The notes below the pieces were generated by a model. That model was given only the letters and a program-made list of their open reading frames with translations, was not told the origin of the DNA and did not search any database. Below, one piece after another: positions 1-12,140 of a stretch of DNA of 64,000 nt (the stretch's first letter is position 1; each line of letters begins with the position of its first letter). A program made the position numbers and the translations under genes. The DNA is from Azolla caroliniana. Taxonomy: Eukaryota; Plantae; Polypodiophyta. The stretch covers positions 6,324,001-6,388,000 of the forward strand of contig JBHGNT010000001.1 of NCBI GenBank assembly GCA_043228905.1. The letters run 5' to 3'.

Positions 1-2079
1 ACTGGGTCATAAAGTCTATAGCCGAATTCCTCATGGTCGTATCCCAAAAATATGCATGGTTTGCATTTGTCATCAAGCTTGGATCTTTCATCTTTTGGGA
101 TGTGGACATAAGCCTTGCAACCAAACACTCTTAAATGTTTGTATGACACCTCCTTACCTGTCCAAACCCTATTGGGTACATCACCATCCAAAGGGATTGA
201 TAGAGATAGATTTATGAGGTCAATGACAGTCCTCATTGCTTCACCCCAAAAAGATTTTGGTAATTTTGAGTGGGATAGCATGCATCTTATCCGCTCACAA
301 ATTGTCCTATTCATCCTCTCAGCCACGCCATTGTGCTGAGGTGTTTTCGGGACACTTCTCTCTAGTCTAATACCATGGTCAGGACAATATTCCTGAAATT
401 GTCCCTAATATTCACCGCCGTTATCGAAACGGATACATTTCAACTTTCTTCCTGTTTCTCTTTCCACACTTACATGAAAGTTCCTAAAGATTTCAAACAC
501 TTGATCTTTAGTCTTTAATGCAAAGCACCACAACTTCCTCGAGAAGTCATCGATAAACTTGACAAAGTACAATGCTCCCCCAAGAGTTGTATCTTTCATA
601 TAGCACAAGTTCGTGTGCACCAATTCCAATGGCTGAAATTTTCTTTTGGGGGATAGGTGTTGAAAGGCAACTCTGTGTTGTTTGCCAGCCAAGCAAACAA
701 CACAAGTTTCTAAGTGCATACCTCTTATCTCAGGTAGGATGTTCTTTCTAGCTAGCACCTCGAATCCTTTTTGACTCATGTGCCCAGTCTCTTGTGCCAC
801 AATTCAATAGGGACTTCCTTATCGGCTACATTCACCTCGACACCATAGCATGCATTACATAGAGGGAATTGTCTTTTAGGCATCTTGCTAATACTAGCGA
901 GCCTTTGATGAGCTTCCATTTTCCTTCACCGAAGGAATTTGTGTAACCCTCATCATCAAGATTACCGGCTGAAATAATATTCAGCCGAATGTCCGGTACA
1001 TGCCTAACATCATTTAATACTAGTTTGCGACCCGTGTTCATGGTTAGAATTATATTTCCTATGCCAACAACCTCTGTTATGCCGTTGTTAGCCATTTTGA
1101 CTTTGCCAAAGTCACCACCAACATATGACGAGGACATCTCTCGGTATGGAGTAATGTGATACGAGGCTCCCGAGTCAATAATCCAATCAGTTTGTTGGCA
1201 TGCTAAGCTAACACATGCGTCATCACAAGCAATGACAATGTCGCCATCACAAGTGGCTGTAGTGGGGTCATTGCTCTTATTATCGGTGGTTCCTTTCTTT
1301 TGGTCTTTCTTTTACTTCCAACATTTTCTCTCATAATGGTTTGGACCACCACAATAACGACATGAAAAATCTTTCTTGAAGTCTTTTCTACTTCTAGACT
1401 TTGACCTCCCCTTAGAATTAGTTCAATGATTTTGTGGACCCCTAGCATGGTTTCTTCCTCTAGAGGAGTTGTTTTCTATGACTAAGGCTTTATGGTCAAA
1501 GTTGGACTCATGCTCCTTTCGTCGTGTTTTTTCATGTAGAAGATTCAACTTAAGCATGTCCAATGTTAGGTCCTTTTGTTGCATTGCACTCCCAAGCGTC
1601 ACAACAAGGGTTTCCTAACTATCTGGGAGAGCCCCTAACAATAACAAGATCAACACCTCATTTGCTAGAGGTATATCTAGAGAGTCAGTTTGACATATAA
1701 GTCCTTGAAACGTATTAAGATGCTCTGCCATACTAGAGCCATCTTGATACCTAAGTCTTACAAGTTTCCTAAACACGGAGACCCTATTCAAAGCATTTTT
1801 TGTCTGAAACATACTCTCGATTTTTCTCCATAACTCGTTTGCTTTGGTTTCATCACAGAAATTGTTATCTAGACTCATGTCTATGAAACATCGGATGTAT
1901 GCATATGTGTTTAGATGCATGGCATCCCAGGTTAATGTATCTATGTTCTCGAGTTTGCTCGTACCATGTAGTACGGGCAACCACATGTCCTTACATACCA
2001 ACATGTCCCTCATTTTGGACTTCCAAATGGGATAGTTGGATCTCGTCAGTTTAATCATCCCGCCTAATGATTCATCCAT
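1..2079 (-). pseudogene. Disrupted copia gag-pol polyprotein
   Basis: Reading frame broken into ORFs 1615-2079, 1203-1448, 832-1137 and 405-800 by stops/frameshifts. The first integrase catalytic Asp reads VHTN instead of VHTD. Confidence 0.9.
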
Positions 2080-2109
2080 ATTCCAAGTCTTTGCAGAGGT
2101 ATGAACCTC

Positions 2110-2121
2110 GCTCTAATACCA
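2110..2121 (-). promoter_or_regulatory. Primer-binding site (tRNA-iMet type)
   Basis: Minus strand TGGTATTAGAGC (consensus TGGTATCAGAGC, one mismatch), 2 nt after the LTR-terminal CA at 2124. Confidence 0.9.
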
Positions 2122-2123
2122 TT

Positions 2124-2864
2124 TGTTAGGAATATGGAGTGGAATCGGGATGACTAAAATTTCAAACACAATTAACACTTGATAAACAATAGATGAAACC
2201 ACAAGACGAAAATGAGAGAGCAAACCGAGATTTAACGTGGAAAACCCAAAATTGGGAAAAACCACGGGAACTTTAGGTTCCGAAACAAATTCACTATTTT
2301 CTGAGTATGCAAAGGTGTTGACGGCCTCTAGAGCTTACTTTAGAGATATGCACATATATTTCAAGGCCACCGCCTTTGATACAATATTCACCCTACCAGA
2401 TAGTATAAACAACAGAAAAAAAACCAAAAACATAGAACAAATAAACCTATTACAAGTGGACAGAAGAGTTGTTGTGACTCTTTTGGGTAGTCCAGACAAC
2501 ACCTCACTAGATCTCCGTCTTTACACTTGCAACGAGTTCTCGCTCTCGATCACCCTGTTCTCGAGCTCTCACACTTGTTTATGTTTTCTTGCAGAAGCTT
2601 TGTTGTGTTTTTCTCACACACCTCTTCTTCTCGAATCTCTATTTTTCAGCCTTAGTTTTGTTCACTCATGTGCAATTTTTCTCTGTAACGCGCTCTGCTT
2701 TCTCTGTCTTTATCTCAGTTTTTTCCCTCTGTGCGTTTTTCTGTCTATACTTTCTTTTTATCAGCCTTTTTGGAGTAACGTCTCCTCTTTTCGTATCTAC
2801 ATTCACACATAGACATACAAAACACACACACACAAGAAGAAAAAAGGACACATAAAAAACGTAC

Positions 2865-2898
<34 letters not shown>

Positions 2899-3195
2899 TA
2901 AACATATAACTTTTTCCTTTCTTTAGCTCTAAGTCGATTCGGCGTCCAGCCGAATCTGCGCTCAGCCTGAATCGATGCTCAACCGATTCAACACTCAACC
3001 CGAATGAGTACCCAGCCGATTCGACACTGAGTTGGTAGCTAGCTCTCAGCCAACTCCATGTCATGGGCTCCACTTGAGTGGATAGACCCAACAACGTGTA
3101 CCATCTTGTAACCGCCAATCCACCCAAGGTGCAACATTCGTTTTCAATGGCAATCTAAGACACGGAGCAAGTGGATGAAGACATATCATCTCACA
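2124..3195 (-). repeat. 5' LTR of the copia element (~1 kb)
   Basis: Inner end fixed by ...CCTAACA plus PBS. Carries the U5 motif GTGGTTTTTCCC..GGGTTTTCCACGT and a (TA)n tract at ~2867-2895 in the TATA position. The outer TG end is uncertain (candidates 3093, 3136, 3195, 3199). Confidence 0.7.
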
Positions 3196-5391
3196 AACAA
3201 AGGCCCTTTGGTGTTTCAAATACGAGAAGTGGTTTAGAGAAATGTCATATCGCCATATAGAAGAAGTGCATTAACATCTCTAAAGAGGTCAATATGTTCT
3301 ATGAGACTAGAATAATATACCTCTTATAGATTGTTTGCTATACATAGTACAATGAGACCTTTTGACTTCCTTTCAATATATAATAGGCACCCTTGAGAAC
3401 TTGCTTTTAAAGAATGGATCTTCTAAAACTCTCTGAGGTAGAGCGCTACACATGTTTAGAATTTTTTCATAAGAGTCCTTTTTCTGTTCATGCATTCAAC
3501 GGGTTTTTTTGTTACTAGAACGCAAATGCATGCATTATGTCCCTCTTTCTCCAATACAATTATATAGCGCTAATCTTAAGAATGTCGACCTCAATATAAT
3601 TAAAATCTATCTATCACAATGGGCAACAAATTTTATGGCATGGAGACGTGAGAAAGAGAAAGGTTAAAATAGAAGACGCGAGTGAGCATGGACGAAAATG
3701 ATTTGATTGGAATATATTATCTTGAAAGACAATATAAAGAGACATTACAAAATAGAGAGTACTAGCATATAGATGTTTTGTGGATGGTACTACACGTAAG
3801 TTATTTATGGGATAACACATTGAATTGTCGAGAATCGCATTAAATGAAACTTTGCTTTTACATTTAAATGTTTGCAAGTAGATAGTCTCCAAATTATGAG
3901 CACATGGAGAGTAGGGCCTCCTACATCAATTATGACATTTAAATGCCATGGCTACTTATATTTTCACTTTTAGAAGGCGAAGTAAACTTAGATAGAGACA
4001 TAAACACGACTCGTAATCCATAGCTTAATATATGACACCCTTGTGGGCTCGACATTCGATAAGATGACAAATTAGTTTATGGCTTGATGTACACATATCC
4101 CTTTTCTTGGCATCATTTCTACATATATTTGGAGCATTTCTAATCAATGCATGCAACAAGAACGCAAATCGTATTGTAGGAAGAACGTGTCTTTATGACT
4201 TCTTGTTTTTCACTTAACATTATGGTAACAAATGTTACCGAAACCCAAAAGACAACATTCATAGGGCAAATCATCGAGAGACTATGTTCAAACTACATAA
4301 TAACAAACAAAATGATGATGAATTTCTAACCCCAATATATGCTATACAAACCAAAGTGAGCAATGCTCTACATATCATAGCCAATGCGTATGAGAAGGTT
4401 TTGCTTGCCTTCATGGGACCCAAGAACTAGGCAACAAATGAAAAACTTTCTGATTGTCCTTCTTATTGGTGGATCACATAAACAAGTGATGTGAAAGCCT
4501 GCATAGGTTCCTAAGCCCTACCATCTCCATCACATGATTCTTTTCATGAATGTGTTTGAAACAATACATTTCAAAATGTAAATTTTTATATTTAATATGT
4601 TTGAGAATAAAATGGTAAGGCAAAACATGTAAACCATGCAATGCAATACGTTCGAAAATCAAACCTAGAAAGTGAAATTTCTACTCATAAATGCTTTCGG
4701 TGCATGTTGTATGCTAAATGCAATCTTCCTCAAGAGAAGACCATTCGGGTTAGATGGAATTTTATTATCGTGTATTTTAGACACGGAAACATCTTCGGGA
4801 GAGGCATAGCATTTATACATGCAATACAAAAGTCTTGTCATGTTATTAATGTCAATAAATCCGTATAGTTATAGAATTAATTGCATTGTGTAACTCACAA
4901 TTGATTTCTAGTGAACTCATATAGTGCATCCCATAGTAAATGATATCAAATCAATATTGAAATTTCATGACGAGAGCCCCCAAAGGCTTTTCATTTAGTA
5001 ACTCTGAAAATTATTTTGTATGTGAAGATCATAACATGGTGGCGCATTAGATACTATTGTTGACAAACCTTTGTGCCTTGGCACTCAATTATGGAATATG
5101 AATTAGAGGACCTAAAATAGTAGTACAAAGAAGAGGCATATGGTGTTATACTCTTTAAATTTCAATTGTTGCATAAATCACAAAGTGAGAGGTCATATCT
5201 CTTCAAATGGTTGCATGGTTTGGTCATGAAGTATTAAGTTTGATTCTCATGGAATGAATGTTTCAACTAACAAGGTAAAGAGAATTGAGCAATGACAATG
5301 GTGGATCATATGTATATTTTACAAACATGTTACTCCTTAAGAAATTCATGTACAAATACAATCATGGTAGCCCTTTTCCCTTACAATTTGT

Positions 5392-6941
5392 CTAAAGCTC
5401 CAAGCCTAATGATTTCCTTTTGTGCATAGTGTTGCCTTGACAATTTGTATCGATGACATGGCTTCCACACTTGGGGCATTTAGGTTCTGACCTCAAGAGC
5501 ATGACATACATTAGACAACATGGGCAACCCACAATCACCATGCTATTGTTACACGCATCTTTGTCATATTGGTTGTTGTCAACATGGTCTAGGTTGTATG
5601 GCGGAAAAGTCTCCTTCATCAAATGAGAGTTAACGTTAGTAAGAGGACCAAAAGACGACAAGTTCAAGTTAAGTTCCAAATTAGCTTCTTGGGTGGGGGA
5701 GCTCGATATCTTGTTTTTCTTGGAAGCATATGGATAAGAAGTGCTACCACTAGCGAGGGACAATGTCGGATTGACATCAAGGCAAAGTTGTCCATGTTGT
5801 TGTGCCGAGGAGGCAGACATGGGTCGAGCATGTTGCGATGATACATCTTTCGTTGGTTCTAATGTGGAGGATTCACTTGGGTCATTGAGAGTTGTAGCCC
5901 TCAAAGCGGAGTTGACGAAGTATACTTCTCCAGTCTACGACAAAACATAGAGAAACTTCATATGACCTTGGTTCTTAAATAATAAAAGCATGGTAATATG
6001 ATCATGCGAAAAACCAAGGAATTTCAAAGCAAACATGAAAAACTATGACAACCTAAAAACATATAAGGTATAAGAAACAAAGTCACTTTAAAGGGGGAGA
6101 TTGGTCCTTCCCTATATTGGTGGGAGGCTCATTATAACGATGGAATTACATGGATATTTATATAAGGGCACCTAAAGACTAGGTACCAAGTTGTCAATCC
6201 ACATAGTGTTTATATGTATGTATATCAATGGAATTACATGGATATGTATATGGAGGGCACTTAAAGACTAGGTACCAAGTAGCCAATCCACATATTGTTT
6301 GTATTTATATATACCTTAAGATCGAGGCATTTCTCCCAACCCGTCCTCCGAGGAACACAATGGTGGGCATCATCCAACGGATCCACACCAGTCATTAGCT
6401 CCGACTCCGACTTTGAATTCGATGACCCTAGGATACAATCCGACGACCAAGACGACGATAACAAAGAGTTAGGAGGACCTGGGGGTGGTTTCGTGATAGG
6501 CAATACCTCGACAAGGCCAACATCGGCGCAAGAATTTGTAATGGTTTCTTGGTTGCCGAATAGATCGAGTGTGGTGTTAGCCGTGAGGGAAGTATGAGGT
6601 GCGATTATATTATTCGACGAGGGCGGTGTTTGATGGTCATCGAATTGGCTAAGCATGAGTTGGAGGATGTCGCGGGAGTCATTTTCGTTCCATGGCCTCT
6701 TCAATGGGTTGGTGGTGATGTTATAAGTAGAAGGGGAGGATGAAGGGATGGTGGTGTCTCTATTGGTGGTGGTGGTGGGGATTGTTGGGAGGTTGTTTAT
6801 GTTGATGGCTAAGTTGGGGCTGAGGGAGACCATGGTGGTGTTGTGATTATTATGGGTAGTAGTATTGGTATGATTATGGGGCCATTGGCAACTTGATTCT
6901 TGTTGGAGTTGTAGTTGTTGTTGTAAGGCAATGGTGGCCAT
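5392..6941 (-). CDS. CFL1: CURLY FLAG LEAF 1-like protein (WW domain, EAR motifs, C-terminal GIR1-like zinc ribbon)
   Basis: Exons 6941-6315 and 5934-5392 with a phase-0 GT..AG intron. The splice joins the WW-like GWEKCLDLK|TGEVYFVN...DP. Also LELNLNL and MVIVGCPCCLMYVML..PKCPKC, typical of the CFL1 family. Confidence 0.88.
6139..6310. repeat. ~88-bp tandem duplication in the CFL1 intron
   Basis: atggaattacatggatat...taaagactaggtaccaagt...caatccacata occurs at ~6140 and ~6228. Confidence 0.9.
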
Positions 6942-6978
6942 GGAGTGAGCTATGAGATAGTAGAAGAAATTAGATTGG

Positions 6979-7122
6979 AGAGAGAGAGAGAGAGAGAGAG
7001 TTCTAACAAGTGATCTTCTTCTCCATTTAGCTTAGCTTAGCTTATTATCTTCTTCTCCTTTTGTCTATGTATATATACATGTATAAATAGAGAGAATAGA
7101 GAGAGGGGGGGGGGGGGGGGGG
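6979..7122. repeat. (GA)n and G18 tracts in the CFL1 5' region
   Basis: (GA)n at ~6979-7000; G-run at 7105-7122. Confidence 0.9.
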
Positions 7123-10100
7123 TGGACAATAAAGATCCTTTTGTGAAACCTCTTCTTCCTTGTTTTTCTTTTTCTTTTTCTCTTAGTTTTCCTCATTTGA
7201 TTTTATGGTTATTTTATTATCTATTTAATATGTATATGCATGTATATTAAATTGTAGCCTATTTTCAACCCCCTTGCTTTGCACATGAATGAAACTCATA
7301 ATACTGTCTTTCATAATTAAGGCCTCTCTTGAAAGGGCAAGTGGTGTGATGATGGTGGTGTTACTGGTGCAAAGGGCCTAGAATGTGTGTTAAGTTCATT
7401 GAATAAGAAAAGAAAAGAAAAATACTACACTCTTAAGAGCATTGGAGTTCTCTTTTGGACTAGTGTAAAAAACATGTGTTTTCAGCTTGGCCTTTCTGGT
7501 TTCCGGCCTTTGATGGTTCTAATTACCCACACCAGGCACACTTCATTGCACAAACATGCCTTTTGCAATAAACTCATGATCTATCCATACCATATGCCTT
7601 TCGTAACAAGCCCGTCGTATCAGTGTGTTGAATTTATCATGACCTCGTGATTCCTTTTCTTCAACATTATCAATGAACCTGTTTGTTTCTCTCTATAGCC
7701 CCAAATTCATGAATTTGAGTGAACCCAAGTTCAACCATTGCTTGTCATGTGCACAACCCCATTCCATAGATCATGTTTGGCACTTGTTGTGAACATTACT
7801 AACCAAGTCAATTAGGATTCATTGTCCCTAATTAGTCCAAACCATATATATAATCTATTGTGATTTTTTCTAGTTGAAATCTTGCCTCAAGCGTCCATTA
7901 TAAATTGATGCATAGGTGGAATATACATTCATTAAGCTTGAGAGAAACAAATTCTTGCCAATTGATAGCATCATTAGAAGAACTTTGACATACTTTACAT
8001 GGAACACGTCACGCCATTGATAGCTCAACATATGTTAATGAGCTAGTAACAGTGATATCTTGTGTCTTCATTTTTGTCTTGTTTCAAAGATACATCTATT
8101 TCAATTTTGCTTCCAATAATTTGACCTATGAAAAATTATATTTACACATGTACAAACATATTGTATGATTGGTTTGGGTCATCTATCTTAAAGGATACAA
8201 AAGTGTGTCTTTTTTCCATCAAAATTGCTAAGATGCTCTTTCCAATACTCGACATGCTAATGGTCCATCCATTAGAAACAAGTAATACATAGAAACAAAG
8301 AGGTATATGGGAAGTATCCTTTGGTCATCATTTCACTTAGACATTCGATAACCTTATGGATAATGGAATACATATCACATATTGTTTTTCTCACATTGAT
8401 GGACATGTCAAATTAGTATTGACGTTTCAAAGCTTATCTACAGAAAAGCATCAAAGATGGTATCATACTTTCTTGAATGGATGCAAGTTGACAAATATAA
8501 TCCTTAACGCAAGAACATGATATGATTCTAGCATATGATCATTTGAAGTCATTTGTGTTAGTGTCTAAACTCGATACCAAATACTCATTCTCTACCATTT
8601 CAAGATAGCATTTTGTAGAACTACCCTTTTAGAGTAAATAAATTGGTGAGGTTACTTTCCTTAGTGCAAAAAGGTTTAAAAAGCAAAATGTGATGATTTG
8701 AAGAAAATTTTAGTATGTGGCTGTTTTGTCCTTTAGCAATCTTGAATTGAAGGGACACGAGATTTACTTAAATAAGTTTTGACGGCTATTCAAAACTGGT
8801 AATCCAAATGAAGTCATTTGGGAGGGGGGGGAGAGGGCAATAAAGTTAAGTTAAGACTCTCGGAATTGTAAGCCATTGAACGGTATTGAAAGAATAGTGG
8901 AATAAGTAACTATGCATCAATTATTTGGTTGTACGATCGTTCTGACTCACCTAATAAATGGAGCTAAACATTTATTGCACCCTCCAAGCATGTTGAGAAT
9001 TTGTTCTTAGCTTTGATTTGATGATGTTGGCACGAGGTTCCTCTCACGATAGTCAAAATAATTTGTTAGGCATAACAATGGAAATATTTCATACGCTCTA
9101 ATGTTTACACTCTTTTCTAAGACATAAAGTCGGCATATCATGGAATCAATACTAGTAAGATCGAGTGGTCATAAAGTCTACTGGAAAGTTTGTGGATCAT
9201 GTCACATCCAACCCTTGAATCCATACATATGCACACATAGCATGCACCTTTTTCATGTAAGCACTTAATGGAACTAATTAGGGCTTACATCATCTACTCT
9301 TCAATGTACATGTTTTCCATCTAATATCAAACATGCAATAAATGAAAGAGATTGATTGCTAATAAAATCTTAACTATAATTTACAATAAAAAAATATTTT
9401 GCATTCACTATAGACACGCGCATGCACATGCAATGCAAAACAAATTAGACTAACTAAACCATGAAAGAACTCATTATTTAGAGACATGTGTTCCCTTTTG
9501 TGTGCATAACAAGGGCCCATTTGCAAATGTTGCAATGTGTGTTGTTAAGTCTACATAATGATTGAGGATGATAGTTATATGGATGAAGAAGATAGATTGA
9601 TTATGTATGAATATATGTTTTATGATCATGTCAAGTCTAATTATTAATGCACACCCATACATATGTACATTCACATAGGTATCCTCTATATTCCAATATG
9701 ATGTTGTTCATTTTACACAAATTTGCATTTGGCGCAAAAGATTAGTTTACAAAATCCATGAAATCGCCCATGGTAAAAAATGTAAGTTGTATCATACATC
9801 CATGTGAATTATAGAACCATGCTACTAAGCTATGTTGGTTGTTAGTTTATTTGAATGTGAATTAAGGTATAACAACCAAATATCCTCTCATTCCTTGGTT
9901 ATTTATAACCCAAAAAATGGTAACGAGGGAATAGAAGCAATAGTCAAAGAACAGACTTAGCATGGAAATGATATTTGGTTGCATACAAAATATGCGTTAT
10001 TCATGGTCAATAGTAAGCTTCTTATGGATTAAGTGTTTCAGGTTTACTTTCCCTTTGGCAATCCCTTGTTGTTTGTTAACCATCTCTCATGATAATATTG

Positions 10101-12094
10101 AAGAGCATGGCCATGTTTCTAATCTTTGTGGGTTTTCACCTCAATTTGAGGTTTCCCAAGAGTGACATCTAATGAAGCAATGAGAATATAGTAGGACAAC
10201 ATTGGACATTTTTCTTATCTATCTATAGCCCATGCTTATGACAAATGTGAAGTACATAGGAATGGAAAACATAGAAAGTGTCACTCATATGTATTTGTGG
10301 TAATGGCAAGTCTGCCCCCTTATAGTTTCAATAACATAATACACAAAGCACTAGACCTTGGGTCAAAGTTTCTCCAAATTCTTATTATGTTTCTATGGTC
10401 TCTATTGGATGAATAATTATAACAAATTTGGCAATAATAACCCATAAAAAAATGAATGAATAACTTTAATTATTGCCCAATAATAATCAAAGTCATTCAT
10501 ATTCATCTTTGTGTTTAATAAAAAACAACAATAAAATTCTTTAAAGCAGTATTGTAAATTTGACCAACGAACTTATGATATTTGTAGACTGACAAGAGCG
10601 ACAAGGGGTAGCCTTGATATTACCGAAAACATTGATATGTACTTTTCTTATTTTCCCTTACTCCAAGTGTGTACTTACTTTTCTTTGTGCTCACATTTAT
10701 TGGTAACATATTTTGAATAAGGTAGACTACTCAAAACATACCACCATAGGTGAGACACACAATCATCTCATTAATTACACACTATGCTTCAATGAAATTA
10801 ACACATCTTTGTAAATTTAATGTTCACTCGATAAAAAAGGTTTCCGTCGACACATGTTGGGTTGAGTGAGAGTCTATTGTAGCCAGAACCGCTTGGTAGA
10901 ACTCGGGCATCCATTCCTTGAGAATAAGAGAGGTAATGAAAAGCCTTAACTTGGGAACATAAAGAATGACAATCACATAATGCATGACTTCCAAAGAATC
11001 AATCGAGAAAATAATACAACAAAGAAAGCTAACATACAATGAGAAGAACATTAAAAGGCTAAGTTTTCTTTTCGGTACCCCATTGTTGTAATTTGTAAAT
11101 GATGTGCCATAGGTCCGGGTAAAAGCACCTCTATTTGTAACAAATGCAAAAGACTCTAAATTTTGGTAGCCTATTTATAAAGTCTTAGATGAAGGTAAAT
11201 TTATTAAGACCTTGTGATAGATGTTGATATGTAGTATGCACTTCCACAAATTATTCTGAAGATTCAATGTTTGGAAGATAAATGATCGGTCATAAGTATT
11301 AATTTTTTAGGTGCCTATTGCTCTAGAAATGGATTTAAATCCATTTAATGAGCAAGTCAATGGAATGAAAACAAGTGATATACCTTGTGATGATGATGTT
11401 GAAGTTGAATGCTACTTGTTAGTTATTAATGGCAATTTTGAAAAAGAATGCTAAAAAAAAAGTCACCCATTGGCCAACATGTAGTTTTAAAGCAAGGTAT
11501 GTTGTACACACTTACGAATCCAAAGTTTCTATGCATTTAAACGTGATCTCTTTTCTTTGTTACATGAACAACTCCTTACATCTCATTAATGTAATGCATT
11601 GAGGGTCCATGTAAATCGAAGTCATATATAGTTAGTTAGGTATAGTAACCGTACTAAGTGTCATGCTCTCTGGATGATGTGGCTCTGTATCGTATACTAA
11701 ATTAACCCCAAACATTTGACCATTTTGCTCAATGCTTTCCATGTGTAATCGTCTTTCACCATAGATGACACCATACGGGAGGAGGGTATCTCACAAATTA
11801 TTAACCTCAATCTAAATTAGTAAAAGTTGTAAGTGAGGTGTATCATTATATTTGCTTCTAATTCAAATATATGATGCACATATTTGAGTAGTCAAGGAGT
11901 GAAGAAGATTCCATAGCAATTATGTGACATTGATTACTAGCAATGTGATGACTTCACCCCCTTACCCATGACATATATTAGGATAGAAGGTGTTTCAATG
12001 CTCCAACTTCATATTGAATATGAATCTTAAACATTAATGTTGCTCCTATGAAAAAGTCACATATTTTCTAAATTGTCTAGGATTATGTATGTAT

Positions 12095-12096
<2 letters not shown>

Positions 12097-12136
<40 letters not shown>
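12097..12136. repeat. (GT)20 microsatellite
   Basis: Read directly. Confidence 0.97.

Positions 12137-12140
<4 letters not shown>

Larger units (their letters stand above)
1..3195 (-). mobile_element. Ty1/copia LTR retrotransposon, 5' half (5'LTR-PBS-gag-protease-integrase), degenerate; continues off the left edge
   Basis: Minus strand shows, in copia order: an LTR ending ...CTAACA, a tRNA-iMet PBS, gag (MIKLTRSNYPIWKSKMRDML), a CRYCGGPNHYERKC zinc knuckle, protease WIIDSGASYH, GAG-pre-integrase (LWHKRLGHMS...C..C..GKQHR) and integrase core (RFDNGGEY, PQHNGVAERMNRT). The outer LTR boundary (~3195) is approximate. Confidence 0.95.

Noticed and set aside
2237-3127. ORFs of 191, 88 and 153 aa
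   Set aside because: They lie in the LTR and low-complexity pyrimidine tracts, with no domain signal.
11100-11450. Possible hAT transposase remnant (FW*PIYKVL...PIALEMDL)
   Set aside because: Too short and decayed to support by eye; no TIRs found.
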